This document shows, piece by piece, positions 10,733 through 24,358 of a DNA stretch of 64,000 nucleotides (position 1 is the first letter of the stretch; every line of letters begins with the position of its first letter). The notes beneath the pieces are model-generated. The model did not search any database, was not told where the DNA came from, and was given only the letters and a program-made list of their open reading frames with translations. The DNA comes from Monocercomonoides exilis PA203. Taxonomy: Eukaryota > Protista > Preaxostyla. The position numbers and the translations under genes were made by a program. The stretch spans positions 124,001-188,000 of the forward strand of contig LSRY02000051.1 of NCBI GenBank assembly GCA_001643675.2. The letters are read 5' to 3'.

Positions 10733-13344
10733 ATGTCCAAAGAAGATGATGAAAATTTGGTAAGGAAAATGACGCCATATCTTTCATTTTTGGAATATGC
10801 AAAAATTTCAAGTCTTCGAAGCAAATTCGCTGGTGTTTTATTTATTAATTTTTCATTGATCTAAATTATAACACTGAAATAAAATCATTTTATCAGAAAA
10901 ATGTTTCGACATTTTACAAGTTCCGCCGCCACCAGAAACATTTAATCGCTGGCTTTATGAACAAGTTGGGCAGTATCCATCACGGCAAACGACATGTGAT
11001 CCTCTTCTCAAATGGCCACAATGTGCAAGTCAAACATCTGTGATTAAGCGAGAGTTATATGCAGTTATGCCTTGCAGAATGTATCCTTTTGAAAATTGCA
11101 GTGAGATTGATCAAATCATAAACATATATCAGTTTGAAAAAAGTTATATTCTTATCAAAAGTTTTTATAATCTGATTAAAGAAAACTCCAAAAGTTTTCA
11201 AACATCTGGATTGGAAAAGTGAAAAAAATTGTTGCTGCTACTTCAACAACGGAGCAGAAAGACGATTCAAACTGTTCTTTAGTGTGCTTTGCAATTAAAA
11301 CTTTTCGATTTTGCAATTTTTTGTTTTAGCTATCGAAGCTCAACGAATTGTCGGAAAAGCTCTCTAAGCTAAAAACTCAATTTCCAGCTAGAGGCAAAAA
11401 AGGAGATTTTTCAGCAATTGCAGCTGAAGTGACAAGATTTCACTCTGAAATAAGCACAACTTTAGCAAAAATATTTGAAAGCAAAGTCAATGAGCTGTGC
11501 GCTTGGCTTGAAAATGAAGGACTCAAAATTACACAAGAAGTTGATGCAGCAGCCGAGGAAGAAGCACACAGATTGAAGTTAATTGAAAGCGGAGGCGAGG
11601 CAAACGTGAAAGATGAAGAAAAGACTGAGCATAAAGAAAAAGAACAAAGCAACGAATGCATCGACATTGAGAAAAAGAAGAAGAGAAGGCGAACAGCTGA
11701 GCTAACCGAGACTGAAGAGGTTGATGAAGAGGATTTAACATCAAAGCGATGTTCCACGAAATCTGAAGCTGGGCTAAGAACAGTATGCAAGCACGAAGGA
11801 AATGCTCTACATAAAAAAACAAGTTGCGCAGTTTGCGTTTTATTTTTCATTTTGATCTATTCTGTTTTATTTGACTTTATTTGACTTTATAAATATTTTC
11901 CACAACATACACTTTTTATCTAATTATTCTCCGTTATCTGTTAAAATTTGTATGATTTTAATTTCATTGGGACAAAATAATACGCAAATCTATCCATTTT
12001 TTGAAGCATTATGTGAAGTGCGATGAAAGCAGTCGGAATTACGTTCAATTGAAGCTGTATGAAGTTGAACATAAATCACAGAGGTCGAAGCTGTTGGACA
12101 CGATTGTCTGCCAAAAGTGTGTTATTATGCTTTGGATTAATCTTTTTTTTCAAAGTGATTCATTTTGTTAATGTTCAGAGAAATGGCTGTTCGGCTGAGG
12201 CAGCTGCATGAATTGACTGGAATCAAACTGAAAGAGAATACTGTTTGCATTCCATTCATTCAATTGTCGTTGTTCGATTCAAATATTGATGACTAATGAA
12301 TTTCTGCCTCGCATTTTTTTTTATAATTTCCATTTCCAATTAAATGAAATAGATTGAATGGCAATCGAAGCTAACAGATCGAATGTATTGTCTGATCAGC
12401 AGATATCAAACCCTTCAAATAAAAGGCGAGGGAAGGGGATTCCAGTGGGGCTGCCCTGACCCGTTCATGGCATTTTTGAATCAAAAGTTTTCTTGCAACT
12501 GCGAAGTGTGAATATTGTTCACCTATTTTTTTTTCAAACAAATTTTTGTTTATTTATTCTGCTTGATAATTTCATGTACTATTTAAGTGCTTTGCTTCTC
12601 CTCTGAATTGCTATTGCACAACATTCTTCAGTGCTTTTCCTGATGTTGACTGGCCGTTTGGTTCAAAAGGATCGTTTTTTGATGCAATCCATCAGAATAA
12701 AATCACGGAGGTTTTTTTCCAAACATCTTTATATCATATTTTTAAATGTAGTCCATTTTTTTTTTAAAATTTTTAAACAATTTCTTTCTCATCATTCAAT
12801 AAATGAAACAAAACACACTCAATCACAGGGAACATACCAAGTGAACCCTCCCTTCCAGGAAGGTGTGATGGAGCGAATGAGCAATGCTTTGAATGCAGCA
12901 CTCGAACACGCCCAGACACATCACTCCTCCCTCCGCTTTGTGGTGGTCATTCCTGACTGGTCTGACTGCACATGCATCAAAAACCTGCTCCACTCGCCCT
13001 TTTTGAGTGGCGAATGTGCTCTGCTCCAGCAGGACCATGCGTTCATCCAGAGATATTCGCTCTCTCCGTGGGAAGAGCCTGCACAGCCTCACTTCATTCA
13101 GACTGGAAACTCTCATTTGTTTCTGCTGGAAACTGAGCAGGCAGTGAATGACTGCATTCCATCTATTGAGACTTCTGAAGCTTCTGTTTCTTCTTCTTCT
13201 TCTGATTCTGATTCTTCATCAGCCACACCCAGTTCATCGAGCACACCAAGCGCCACCTCGTCTGATGCACTCAAATTGAAGCGTGCACAGCATTGGGCAA
13301 AGGTAAAGCCTGGTCTTTGCAGCTCGTTTGCAAAGCCGAAATAG
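10733..13344 (+). CDS. PCIF1: PCIF1/CAPAM-like cap-specific adenosine N6-methyltransferase (multi-exon)
   Basis: Spliced motifs PPPETFNRWLYE...DPLL (~10922-11010), RMYCLISRYQT...GFQWGCP, CE|CFASPLNCYCTTFFSAFPDVDWPFGSKGSFFD (intron 12506-12587), catalytic NPPF at 12844-12855, and FVVVIPDW. Internal exon boundaries only partly resolved. Confidence 0.88.
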
Positions 13345-13871
13345 GATTTTATGCTTTTCTTTTTTTATTCACTTCACATTCACACATTTTTATCTGTTAT
13401 TCATTTCGTTTTTGTTTTCATTCACAAACAGAAGAAAATAATTTGTTCACAGAAAAAACTAGCAAATCATAATATTGATGATAATTTCAGCCATTTCGAT
13501 GAAAAAGCCAAAGAAAAAGATATGGCGATTTGTTTCAAACGGTTTGTGAATTGAAAAGGAAAAAAAAATGTAGCAATTTACAAAGAGAACGCATTAAGAA
13601 GGACAAAATGCGAATAAAAGAATTCTTAGCTGTTAAAAGGATGGGAGAAATAACTCAGAGCAAGTTATTTTAGATGAATTAGAAGAAACAGTGATAAAAC
13701 GAATAAATAATAACAAAGATAATTAAGATTATTTGAAAACTCCAAAATTGTAATGGAAAAGATATTATCAAACTCCTTTGAAAATAATAGAAAAGAAAAA
13801 GAAAAGACAAATTTTCATAATGTCAATACGCACGATTTCACAAAAATACAATAAATTTATAATTTTAAGGA

Positions 13872-16800
13872 TTAAACAGGGCAGAACAATGGTGTGTAAT
13901 AAGAGCGGATGGCGTCTTCCTCTGAATGCTCCTTCTTCTTCTGCACATTCTCCGACGGCGACAAAAGCTGGATTGCCTTCGAAATGGCTGTCAGGCGGAT
14001 GGCATTCGGGTCAGTCAGCGGATGTCTGCCTGCATTCGAATCCAGCGCTGCTGCTGCGCTGATCGCTGTGTCACGCACAAGAGTGGGCAGAAGATGGGGC
14101 GGGACGATTGCGCCGTGGAAGAGCGGAGAAATAGAAAGAGGAGCCAGCGTGTTGCAGATCTCAGACGAGAGCGGGAGGGAAGAAGAGCCAGAGACAGACA
14201 GAGACGAGCGGAGGAGGGTGTTTGTGGGAGAAGGTGGAGGAAGGTTTGTGTGGATGGAGATGGCAAACAGATGGTGCGCAATCGGAATAGCTGTCTGCTT
14301 GTGTGATGTCTCGTTGTAGTAAGGCAGCGTTGTTGGATGTGGAGTGATGACTATCTGGACAGCATACTCCATCGGTGCTAAATAAGATGGCTTGTATGTC
14401 CGCTGCCCTTCCCACCAGACAATAGCCACACGAGGCTTGCGCAGCAGCTGCTCTTTCAGACTGGAATCGTTTGCTCTCCGCTTCTCTTCATCCACCTCAT
14501 CTTTTGTGCTGCCTTCTTTCTTCTCCCATTTGCGTGCCTCTGTCTCATCCACCGAGATGAACTGGCACACCTGGAACACTGCCTCCATTGCTGGGTCACA
14601 GGCATACACCACCCGCGATGGATACACACACTGCGCAGCATCTGGCCTCAATCCAACAGAGGCTGATGTCGCTGGCCAGGTGGATGTCCAGAGAGGAGTC
14701 CCTTTGTAGCCAATGTGTGTCTTCGGATCAAGCACCCTGCCGAGTCCTGCCACAAACGCGCAGAACTCCTCAGTCACAGCACATGCACTGTCTTCCTCAC
14801 TCTCTTCATCCTCGTCTCTTCTTTCATCACTCGCTCTCTTCAGCCTCAGTAGCTCATTCATTCTCTTTGGCTTGATAACACCAGCATCGTCATCCACATC
14901 AGCATCACACAACATCCACACAGCAATCTCTCTTTCTGGTCTGACTGAAATGCTGTCGATGTGTCTGCACAGCAGTTGTGCCACAGCCGCATTTCCTTCC
15001 TCTTTCGCTGAACGCGCAACAACAGCCGTGCTGTCAGACGTTGTTGTGGTTGATGACAGCCTCAAATTCTTCGACTTCTCAGAAGAGGACAGAAGAGTAA
15101 GTGATCCTTCGATTGAGATGTCAATGATGTGCAGCTGAGACAGAAGTGCTCTTGTGCGTGACAGAGGAGTCTGTCGAAACAGAGGCTGCGAAAAGACACC
15201 AAGACGACGACTATACAAAATATATCAAATATGAATGGATTAAAAGATTCAAAAAAAATATTTATAGAAAAAAAAAATCACTTTTTTAAAAGCAAAACCA
15301 GAAAAGAAAGGAATCACAAACCCCAACTTCAACTTGTTAGTGTCAATGAACTGTTTGATTTGTGCTGTGTCGTGTATGATGGCATTGCCCAGCACATGAA
15401 TCAGCTTCTTCTGTCCCAAGCGAGGACACTTGATGTCTGCTGCTGGATGTCTGTGAGCTGTCTCTTCAATCAGCATCGCCTGTGGATCAACGGGCTCACC
15501 TTCATCTTCCTCTCTTTCTTTTCCTTCTTCTCCTTCCTGTTCTTTCTCTCCCTCCTCCTTCAGTCCTGCTCCTCTTCCTCTTTCCCTCAGCTTCTCCAAC
15601 ATCAGCTCATATGACATATCCCCTTCAGCATCATTCTCAGCAGATGCTGACAAAGATGCCTCTTTCTCCTTCGCAGCTGTTTTGAGTGATGGATCTCCCT
15701 TTCTAAATGGCGAAGCACCAAATGCAACTGTCCTCAGCCCGCTTTTGCTTCCACTCATCTTTAAGCCACCTACCACAAACGGTGAAGGAAGCGAAGAAGA
15801 CGCTGATGTGCTCTTCTGCTTCTTCTTCTCTGCTCCTCCGTCTTCCTCTGCAGCTTCTTCATTCGGAACATATTCTGGCTGCTCAGGCAGAACAAGCTCG
15901 CTTTCTGGGCAGAGCTCGCATTCTTCTGCAGTTGGAGTGTCTTTCAGCTCAGGTGGCAGAGAGAATGCAGTCTGAGCATTTGAAGCAGCAGGCAACGGCA
16001 TTGGGGCAGGAGAAGAGACAGCCGAGCGATTGGGAGAAGACATTGTTTCTGGCACAGGAGAGGTGCAGTAAGGCGGCGAGAGTGCAGATGCGATGGAGGC
16101 AGGTGCCAGCAAATTGCTCTCTTCGTCTGTGCTGGTGCTGCTGATGCCCTCCGCCTGGTCTGCAGAGAGAGAAGATGCGATGCTGTCGAAGTAGACTGGA
16201 GAGAAGTCCCAGACGTGCTTCCCAGTACAGTCACGTAGCACAACACGGGTGACATGCGAGATCGGCTGGGAAAGGCTGTCTGCTGTGACTGATGAAGGCA
16301 CAAGTGCCGGTGCAGCAATCGGGAGATCAATCACAGAAATGATGCACTCATCACCCAGTGCAAACCAGAGTGTGCGTGGATTGCGTGGCTCGCCTTCGGA
16401 TGTCACTACACCTTCTTTTCCTTCTGAGTCATTCTCATTCTCTTTGTCAGCCTCAGAGCTCTTGTGCAGCTGCAGTCTTGTGTCTGTGTCTAGTTGCGAG
16501 TCAGCCCACTCACTGCTCTCAAATGGCGAGTATTCTCTTCCCCTTCCCAAAACAGTCATCGCAATGATCTTCGCAGAAAGTGCATCGATTGTGCTGAAGC
16601 TGTCTGAGAGAAGGATGTTCGTGTCAGCAAGTGAAGAGACAAATGATGAAAGAGACGATGCCAGCGATGCCATTGAAGCATTCTGCGTGAGACGTGCCTT
16701 TGCTACCACTTCATCTCCTGCTGTTGTTGTGTGTGGGGAAGGAGGGTATTGGAACAAGGTGGTTGTGCCCGGCTGGGCAGGTGCACCGAATGAAGGCGAA

Positions 16801-19800
16801 GGGAGCGGAGACGGCACACTTGGCGGCTCAAGGGCAGATGTTGATGATGAAGCCAGAGGTGTCTTTGTGGCTGAAGCAAGTGAAGCAGCTGGGCCGAGTG
16901 CGCTGCCCATTCCAAATGAGACTGTTCGCAATGCTGCAGAGCCGCGCTGTCTTTGCTGGGCATTCGCAAATGGATTTGGCAGAGCAGAGGAAGAGCCACC
17001 GGTTGTTGTTGTTGTAAGAGTCATGAAACTGGAGGCAGCTGGGGGTGTTGGTGCAACTGTCTTGGGAGGTGGAGGGAGGGCACACTCAGTTGATGATGAT
17101 GCTGGTGAGGATGAAGCAGAAGACGGAGCATGTTTCTCCTTCTCGTCAGTGCTGCATGAGATGGATTCCTCATACAGCCGCTCATATCCACTTTCTGCTT
17201 CCAGATTGGCATTCTCACCTGATGCCCCAGCAGATGTCATCTCCTCCTCTTTCTTCTTCTCTCTAATCACTTCACTCAGCAATGCATACGGGCGCAGGTC
17301 TGTTCCTCTCTTCCTCCCTGTCCAAACAGGAGATGTCCCATCCAGCACACAATTCGTGTCGTCCTTGTCGTTTGCTGCCTGTCTGTCTGAAGAGTCTCCT
17401 TTCCCCCTGCCAAACAGACTGAACCCGCCAGAAGAGCGGACAGAAGGGGCGTTGGCGCCAGATGCAGCGTAGTTGGCAGAAGAGAACTGGATCAGCGCGA
17501 TTGTCGGCTTTGTGGTCAGCTGGCGGTTGATGTGGGCAGCTGGGTTGGGCTGGGCAAGTGCCATGACAATGTCACACGCGGAAAAGACAGCCTGAAAGAG
17601 AAATGGGAAAAGAAAGAAAGAGATGTTTGAATGACAATATTAAAAAATAATAAAAAAAAATAAAAAGACACAAAAGAGAAGATGATATCAATATTAAAAA
17701 ATGAAGAATAAGAAATAACAAACCTCAGCCAGATGAAACTGAGGGAGGATGACTTCACATCGCAGAGCCCACTGCTGAATGGTTGAGAGGATGCTTCTGA
17801 TGAGAATGGAGCGATGGAAGAGAGAGAGAGAGAGAGGAGTGGCTGAGAAGGAGATTGTCACAAGACGCTGCAATGCATCAGTCAGGGCTGAGACCACCAA
17901 CATCGGCACATCTGTGTCTAAGTTGATGATAAGACTGCTGTAATGAGAGAGAATTCCAAGCTATTAATACAAACATTAAAGAGAGAGAAAGAGAAAGAGA
18001 AAGAAAGAATACACAAAGATTCAAAGATTCTAACATATTTATAATGATCACAAAAGCAAACGTCATCAACAGCTCTTCTCAGCAGCACCACAAATACATC
18101 AGGTGCATCCACCACAGCAGGAGAGATACACGACGGATTGGATATGATGGCTGACACATTTGTGCAGAATGCGAGCAGCTCCTTCACGTTGCTCCTCAAA
18201 TACGTCCTGTCCTTTCCAGAGTATGCGCTGTCGATACACTGCAGCAGCAGTCCCCTCACAGCCAGGACACAATTGGCACACTCCACAAGCACCGCATCTG
18301 ATGCCAGCGCTCCTTTTCTGGCAGCCTCTCTCTCTTTCTCCTTCATCTGCAGGAGAGGAACAGGACACGCAGGAATCGCTATCTGCCCAGTGAGGAGCTG
18401 CAGGGTGTGCATTGTCTGTGCCTTGAGATACTCAAAGATACGCGCTTTGACCAAACTCCACTCGGCAGGCGTGGCTGTGCTCTGGGCAGAAGACAAGGCA
18501 GGCGCCAGGGTGGAAGAGAGGGCGCTGCTGGCGAGGGGAGAGGAGGCAGGGGGGAAGGAAGGGGCAGAGGCTGATGTGTAGAAGGAGGGGAGGAGAGGGA
18601 GAGGGAGGAGAGAGAGGAGGGAGTGGGTGTGGATGGCGGGGGAGGCTTCAGAGCGGAAGGGGAAGTTGGAGACGTAAAGGAGAGGAAGAGAAAGAGTGAA
18701 GGGGAGATGAGTGGTGAGCAAGGGAGGGAGATGAGGAAGAACCATGTCTGTGATGAGGGGGACATCTGTGCGCTGATAAGGAATGGAGAGGGCACGAAGG
18801 GTGGATGCCAAGTGGACGAAGAGAAGGGGCTGAGGATGGTGGCGGGAGAGGATGTTGAGGAGAGTTACAAGGGCAAGAGAGACCGATTGGGGATAGCTGA
18901 AATAACAATAACAATGATAATAATAATAATAATAAATTCATTCAAATAAAGGCATTAACATTAGAAATGAATAGCAATGTTAGACATACTCTTGTATCTT
19001 CAATTTCTCTACTTCACACAGACACTTGGAGAACAAGCAGAGGATGGTGTTTGGATCGATATCGCCCTGAAGAGAAGAGAAAGAAGGGCCATTGAGAGAA
19101 GAAGAGAGAGAAGGAGCAGGGGCAACTGGAGGAGAAGGCAATGAAGAAGAAGAAGAAGAAGACGATGATGATGATGATGATGATGCCGGTGCAGGTGAAG
19201 CAGCAGGAGAGAGAGAAGGAGAAGAGCCAATTTGTGAAGAAGAAGAAGAGAAAGAAGGAGAGGTTGATCCAAATGGAATGGGTGCAAGTGAAGATGAGGA
19301 AGAAGAGGAGGAAGAAGAAGAAGATAGATGCTTGACGGAAAATGGAGACTGAGGAAGAGAAGAAGAAGAAGAGTTTAAAGGCTGAGTAGAAGAGGAAGCA
19401 GTACTTGATTGAGAAGAAGAAGAAGAAGAGAGAGGAGTGGAAGATGCAGATGCCAGTGCAGCAGACGTGGCAGCAGCCGACGGGAGAGGAGGAGAAGAGA
19501 CACGCGGCATCGACACAGCAGACAGCACAGACAGGCCATTTCTGTCAGCTCCACTGGGACTCATCGGAATGGGCGTGTATTGCAGAGTGAGGTGGCTGGA
19601 GACAATCTTCGGCAGGCTGATCCCACCAAGAATAGCTCCTTCGCCTCTCTTTTGCGCATCGCTGAGGCCCAAAAAGGTGTCGACGAGCGAGGCGATGGTG
19701 CGGACGAAGACAAGATGGTCAGCTGGCTGCATTTCGACAGCAGCAGGGAAGATAGACACGACACGCAGCCACTTGAAGATGTGCTCCTCTTGTGTGGAGA

Positions 19801-20972
19801 AGGCCTGGAAGGGGATGCGGTGGGTCGCCAAGATCGACTGCTGAGAGGAGGAAGTGGAGCCGCGCGGGGCAGCGCTGGAAGGAGAGGCAGGGGACTGGGC
19901 GTGTGCAAAGGGAGAGGCCTTTGTCTGTGTGGAGGAGGAAGGCGCGCCGAAGGAGATGTGGATGAGGGGCTCTGGTTTGAGTGCAGTTGGGTCTGTGTGT
20001 GCTGAGGAAGAGGAGGCAGAGGCAGAAGAGGAGGAGGAGGGAGAAGAAGAAGAAGCACTGTCTTGTGAGGAGGTGGCGATGGATGAACGAGGAGGCTTGC
20101 GATACGGCGGAAGGCCACAGGAACAGGTTGGAGGAGAATGGAGAGAGGGATAAGGGAGGGGTTCATCGGATTCTGTGGATGGTGAGAAAAAAAGAAGAAA
20201 AAGAAAAAGCAATGAAATTAAAAGATTCATAAGAATATAGCCATATTCAATTCATCACACCAGTTTCTCTTCTAATTCCACACGACTTCTCCGCTGCTGC
20301 CTTTTTGAGGTAGTGTACCACCCCTTTCGTCATCTGCATCAGCACATTCTGCCACGCCAGCACAAACCCGCTGACCTTCTGCAGCTGATACGCAGCCCCC
20401 TTCGCAGCATCCCACACGTCCTCCTCTTCCACCCCTGTCTGCACCAGGCAGAGCAGCAGCGTCTCAGCAATGAGGCCGATGTTGTTCTGAGTGACTCCGT
20501 CTCTCTCTCTCTCACCCATTGCACCCATCTCCTGTGTCTGCCGCGCAAAGTTGATGAGCAGCTGGCAGCGGGTGGGGTAGTCCAGACGATGCGGGCAGAA
20601 GCAGAGGTTGCGGAGTGTGTTCGCAATGTGGCGGTATAAGTCGGCCTGAAGGGAAGAGGGAAGAGGGAAGAGATTGAAATAGAATAGAATAGAATGATAT
20701 ATTGTTGATTGTTAGTGTTCAAAAGAAGAGAGAGAAGGGGAAAAAAAAAGATTGACTGGATTTGCAGACCACTGAATGATTGACACATTGCAGCAAAGGC
20801 TTCATGATCATCGACGACACAGCCAGATAAAACCTCTGAAAACATAAATGAATAAGTTCATTTCAATAAAGTCATGGGAGTTTGCAAAGGAAGAAAAATA
20901 ATATTGAGGCAATTCATGATAGGTAATGACAGATTTATCATAGAAATCAAAGAATAGAAATCAAAGAAATAA

Positions 20973-21012
<40 letters not shown>

Positions 21013-22702
21013 CTAACAATCAAATAATCATCATCCATCACACCATCTGTGCAGCATGCGACAGCTCTGGCCATTTTCTGCCGCTTTTCTTTCCTGTGTC
21101 TTCGATCCACATGGCGACAAAGGAGACACAGCTCTCCATCACAAAATGGAAGTCCCTCTGCACTTCGCACGGGTAGATGGAGAAGATGTTGGAGAGGATG
21201 GTCAGAGTGATCTGTGGTTGGCAGAAGCAGCAGCAGCAGAAGAAGAAGAAGACGAAGACGAAGACGAAGAAGAAGAAGAAGAAGAAGAAGAAGAAGAAGA
21301 AGAAGAAGAAGAAGAAGAAGAAGAAGAAGAAGAAGAAGAAGAAGAAGAAGAAGAAGAAGAAGAAGAAGCGTTGTGATGTGAATGGATAATAAACAATGGA
21401 ACATAACAAATAGATACATAATATAAGCGATAATAATGGTGATAATTATTAATAAATAAACATTATTGTGATAACAACTTATTAAAAAAAAAAAAGAGAG
21501 AGAGAGATGCCAACCTCCATCATTGGAATGCTGCCCAAAAGAATGCTGTGAGTGGCAGGCTGGTTCAAGATCCTTGCAAACACAGGCGCAAATACAGACA
21601 GAAGCTGAATGGGGCAGCCTCCAACAAATCCTTGCCTGTCTGGTGACGTAAGTGCTGGATCTGCATTATCAAATTAAAAAAAAAAAAAACGAATATTCGT
21701 CGAGAATAATTAATGTGTAAAATAAACGCAAATTTAATAAAAAGGAATTAAACAAAGTCAAATGTTTTCAATGTGGAAATTCTCTAAAACAAAAAATAAA
21801 ACTCAATTGCATTTCTTTTCGAATATTATTCGAGGAACAATAACATGCCTTCCGCTGCTTCGAGTGAAAACTGCTTCACAAACAAAACTTGTCCAACACA
21901 TTCCAAAAACAATTTGTACCACCATTCAAATTTTTCAGGTTGAAGCTCAATTTGCTTCAGAAGGGCTTCAAACATTTCTACTGTGTCACCAACTTTCACT
22001 TGTTCAGTAGTTTCAGCAAATTTATAATACGGTCCCTGATTTGCTGAAGGAATTCGCGACGTTTTGTTTTTTCCGACCAAAAATGTTTGGTAGCAGAAGG
22101 ATCGTGATATGATCTCTTTTGCTTTGGGATATTCATCCCCCAGTCTCCTTGTCATATGCATTAACGAGACAAAAGCACATACCCTTGCGGGACCTTTTAC
22201 ACTTATAGGTATGCTCCTTTCTATAAATCTGCCTTTAATTTTAAAACAAATATTGTAAAAATGTCAAAAACGAAAAGAATACTTAATCTCTCTGATTCGG
22301 CTTTGAGGCGTTCAAGGGGGCAAAATTCCACCCAAGCAATAATTACAGTATACAATTCCTTTAAAGCTTCGTTGGATAACGCTTCTTTATTTGTATTGCG
22401 TTTTAACAAGTAAAAAGATATAAATTGCATGAGTCAAATAATTCAAGTTATTTTCAAACTTTTCGATGTTGTTTGTTCCAAAAAATCAACTGATTCAAAA
22501 AAGTATGTATTTATATCATCGCATCTTCTGGTAATAGCTTCCTGATATTCCTCAGGTTTTAATGAACCTGTAAAAATGAAATAAATTATTGCAGAATGAA
22601 TAAAATACTCAAACCGAATAAAGATACAAGGTTCTTATATTTTTTTTGAACCACCTGATTGGGTTCCAAAAATTTGTCGAGCTTTTTGCAAACTTGAGAC
22701 AT
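13872..22702 (-). CDS. RALGAPA: RalGAP-alpha-like (tuberin/RapGAP-domain) protein, multi-exon
   Basis: C-terminal RapGAP-type motifs FVAGLGRVLDPKTHIGYKG, EAVFQV, VAIVWWE, VQIVITP and PLFHGAIVPPHLLPTLVRDTAISA. Upstream RVVLRDCTGKHVWD. N-terminus MSQVCKKLDKFLE (ATG 22702). Large exon ORFs at 13872-15218, 15249-17564, 17918-18811 and 18980-20230 are separated by AT-rich introns. Confidence 0.8.
21239..21368. repeat. (GAA)n microsatellite, probably intronic in the RalGAP-like gene
   Basis: About 43 GAA/GAC units seen directly. Confidence 0.95.
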
Positions 22703-23093
22703 TTTAATTGTTGTCTGATCTCAAGCAAACGTTCTATGGGACAAAATAATAAAAATCGCATTCTTGTTCTGTGCTTTTTTTTATATTTTCATAAGAAGTG
22801 AAAGCTTTTTAACAATTATCACTTAAGGCCGAATATAACTATTTGTATTATTGTGCTTTTTCTTTAATTTGTTTTAATTGTCTCCTTCAAGGTATTATTT
22901 GCGAAAGATTAGAAGAAAAACAAAAATTAATGCATTTTCATCGAATAAGTTTTCATTTTTGCTTTTGAATGAGAAATACAATTTTTTAAATAAACTTGAA
23001 AATATAAACAGATAATTCACTTTTCATGTTTCATAAGAAACCAAAAATACAAAAGTCTCCAAAAGAATCGTAAGAAAAATAATCTTTGTGCTA

Positions 23094-23573
23094 TTATGCA
23101 GATAATTCGGGGAAAAATATCCCAAGTTCGCGTTTTGCATCGTCGTCATTTGCACTACCGTGGCATGCGTTGCATTGGCCATCAGTTCCATATTTTGCGC
23201 GGAGCGTTTCTGGATTTTTCTCCTTTGCAACAAGTGAATTTGTTGGACCTTATAAACATTTATATAAGCACATAAATGTGAAAAAAATAAGCAACAAACC
23301 AATTAACTTTCTCCATTCAGGTACAGCATTCACCTTAGATAACGCAAGTATAACAATAGGCCCACTTGCCATGAAGTTAACAAGATCATTGAAAAAATGT
23401 TTTTCTTCATGTTCCTTGTAAAACACTTTAAGCAAATCAGGAGTGCATTTTTCTTCTCTCATTTTAACAATCGTAAATCCATTTGCTTTAATTTCTTCTA
23501 TAATTTCTGCACGCTTTGGATATGCATCTGGCTTAATAAGAGCCAATGTCATTGTAACTTCAGGAGTTGCCAT
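23094..23573 (-). CDS. NDK: Nucleoside diphosphate kinase (NME group II-like), 142 aa, 2 exons
   Basis: Exons 23573-23300 and 23248-23094, with a 51-nt GT-AG intron. Motifs TLALIKPDA, FYKEHEEKHFFNDLVNFMASGP, WRKLIGPTN and LRAKYGTDGQCNACHGS (catalytic His present). Confidence 0.93.
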
Positions 23574-23868
23574 TTCAATCTGTTACTATTGATCTCAAAT
23601 AGTTATATAATTTGGTTAAAAAATATTTCGATAAAAAAATAATTAGTTTTTTCAGAACAGAAAAATAAGTAATTTTGAATAATAAAAAAATAAGTTGGTT
23701 TCTGTTTTAAAATTATTCAATCCAAAACCGAAAATTCTTTCAAAATTATATGGATTTTTGAAAAATTTTTTATCACACTTTTATTAAAAATCATTAAAAA
23801 ATTTTCAGCAAAATGAATAATAAAACAAGTTCTAAGTTTATGGACCGTAGACAACATTTTATATATAT

Positions 23869-24124
23869 GGGTGATTATTTTTGAAACCACATTTTTTCTT
23901 TCAATAATTTCGATTCGAAAAATTCTTTTGGGTATCAACAAAAGAATAATGAAAAGTGAAAAAGCATTTTCAAGACCTCTATATTTTTATTTCAGATCAT
24001 GCATTTGTTTCTGAAATAGTTATAATAATTTTTAGCATTTAAACACAAAATCTTTTCCCAAAAACAAACAATCATTGAAATATCAACACACCGAAAAAAG
24101 ATATGATTTCAAAAATAATCACCC
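23869..24124. mobile_element. MITE family A, copy 2
   Basis: Termini GGGTGATTATTTTTTGAAACCACAT and ATATGATTTCAAAAATAATCACCC; 256 bp. Flanks acattttat(atatat) / acatttttat. Confidence 0.8.
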
Positions 24125-24358
24125 ACATTTTTATCATTTTTCCGTTCACGCTCACGAAACTTCACTGTAATTAAAATAGTGACTTTATTCAGGTTATGTT
24201 TCCATTTTTTTGTAGTTTTATTAGCGGGAACAAAAAATTGATGAAAATATGAAAATTTCGTTTGATTTGAAAATTTTTCAAATGGAAGTTTTCAAAATAA
24301 TTGAGACATATTTTATGAGAAAGATGAATTAAACAATAATCAGATAAAAATAAACATA

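Noticed and set aside
12180-12400. Possible GC-AG intron in PCIF1
   Set aside because: A canonical model (exon ending ...KENT at 12242, GTTTGC...TAG intron, then IEWQSKLTDRMYCLISRY) keeps the frame and fits the family better.
16249-17472. 407-aa plus-strand ORF, and similar antisense ORFs such as 37910-39364
   Set aside because: Shadow frames of real minus-strand exons, caused by codon bias.
23094-23573. NDP kinase as another pseudoenzyme
   Set aside because: After splicing, the Lys, Tyr, Arg, Asn, catalytic His and Glu positions are all present.
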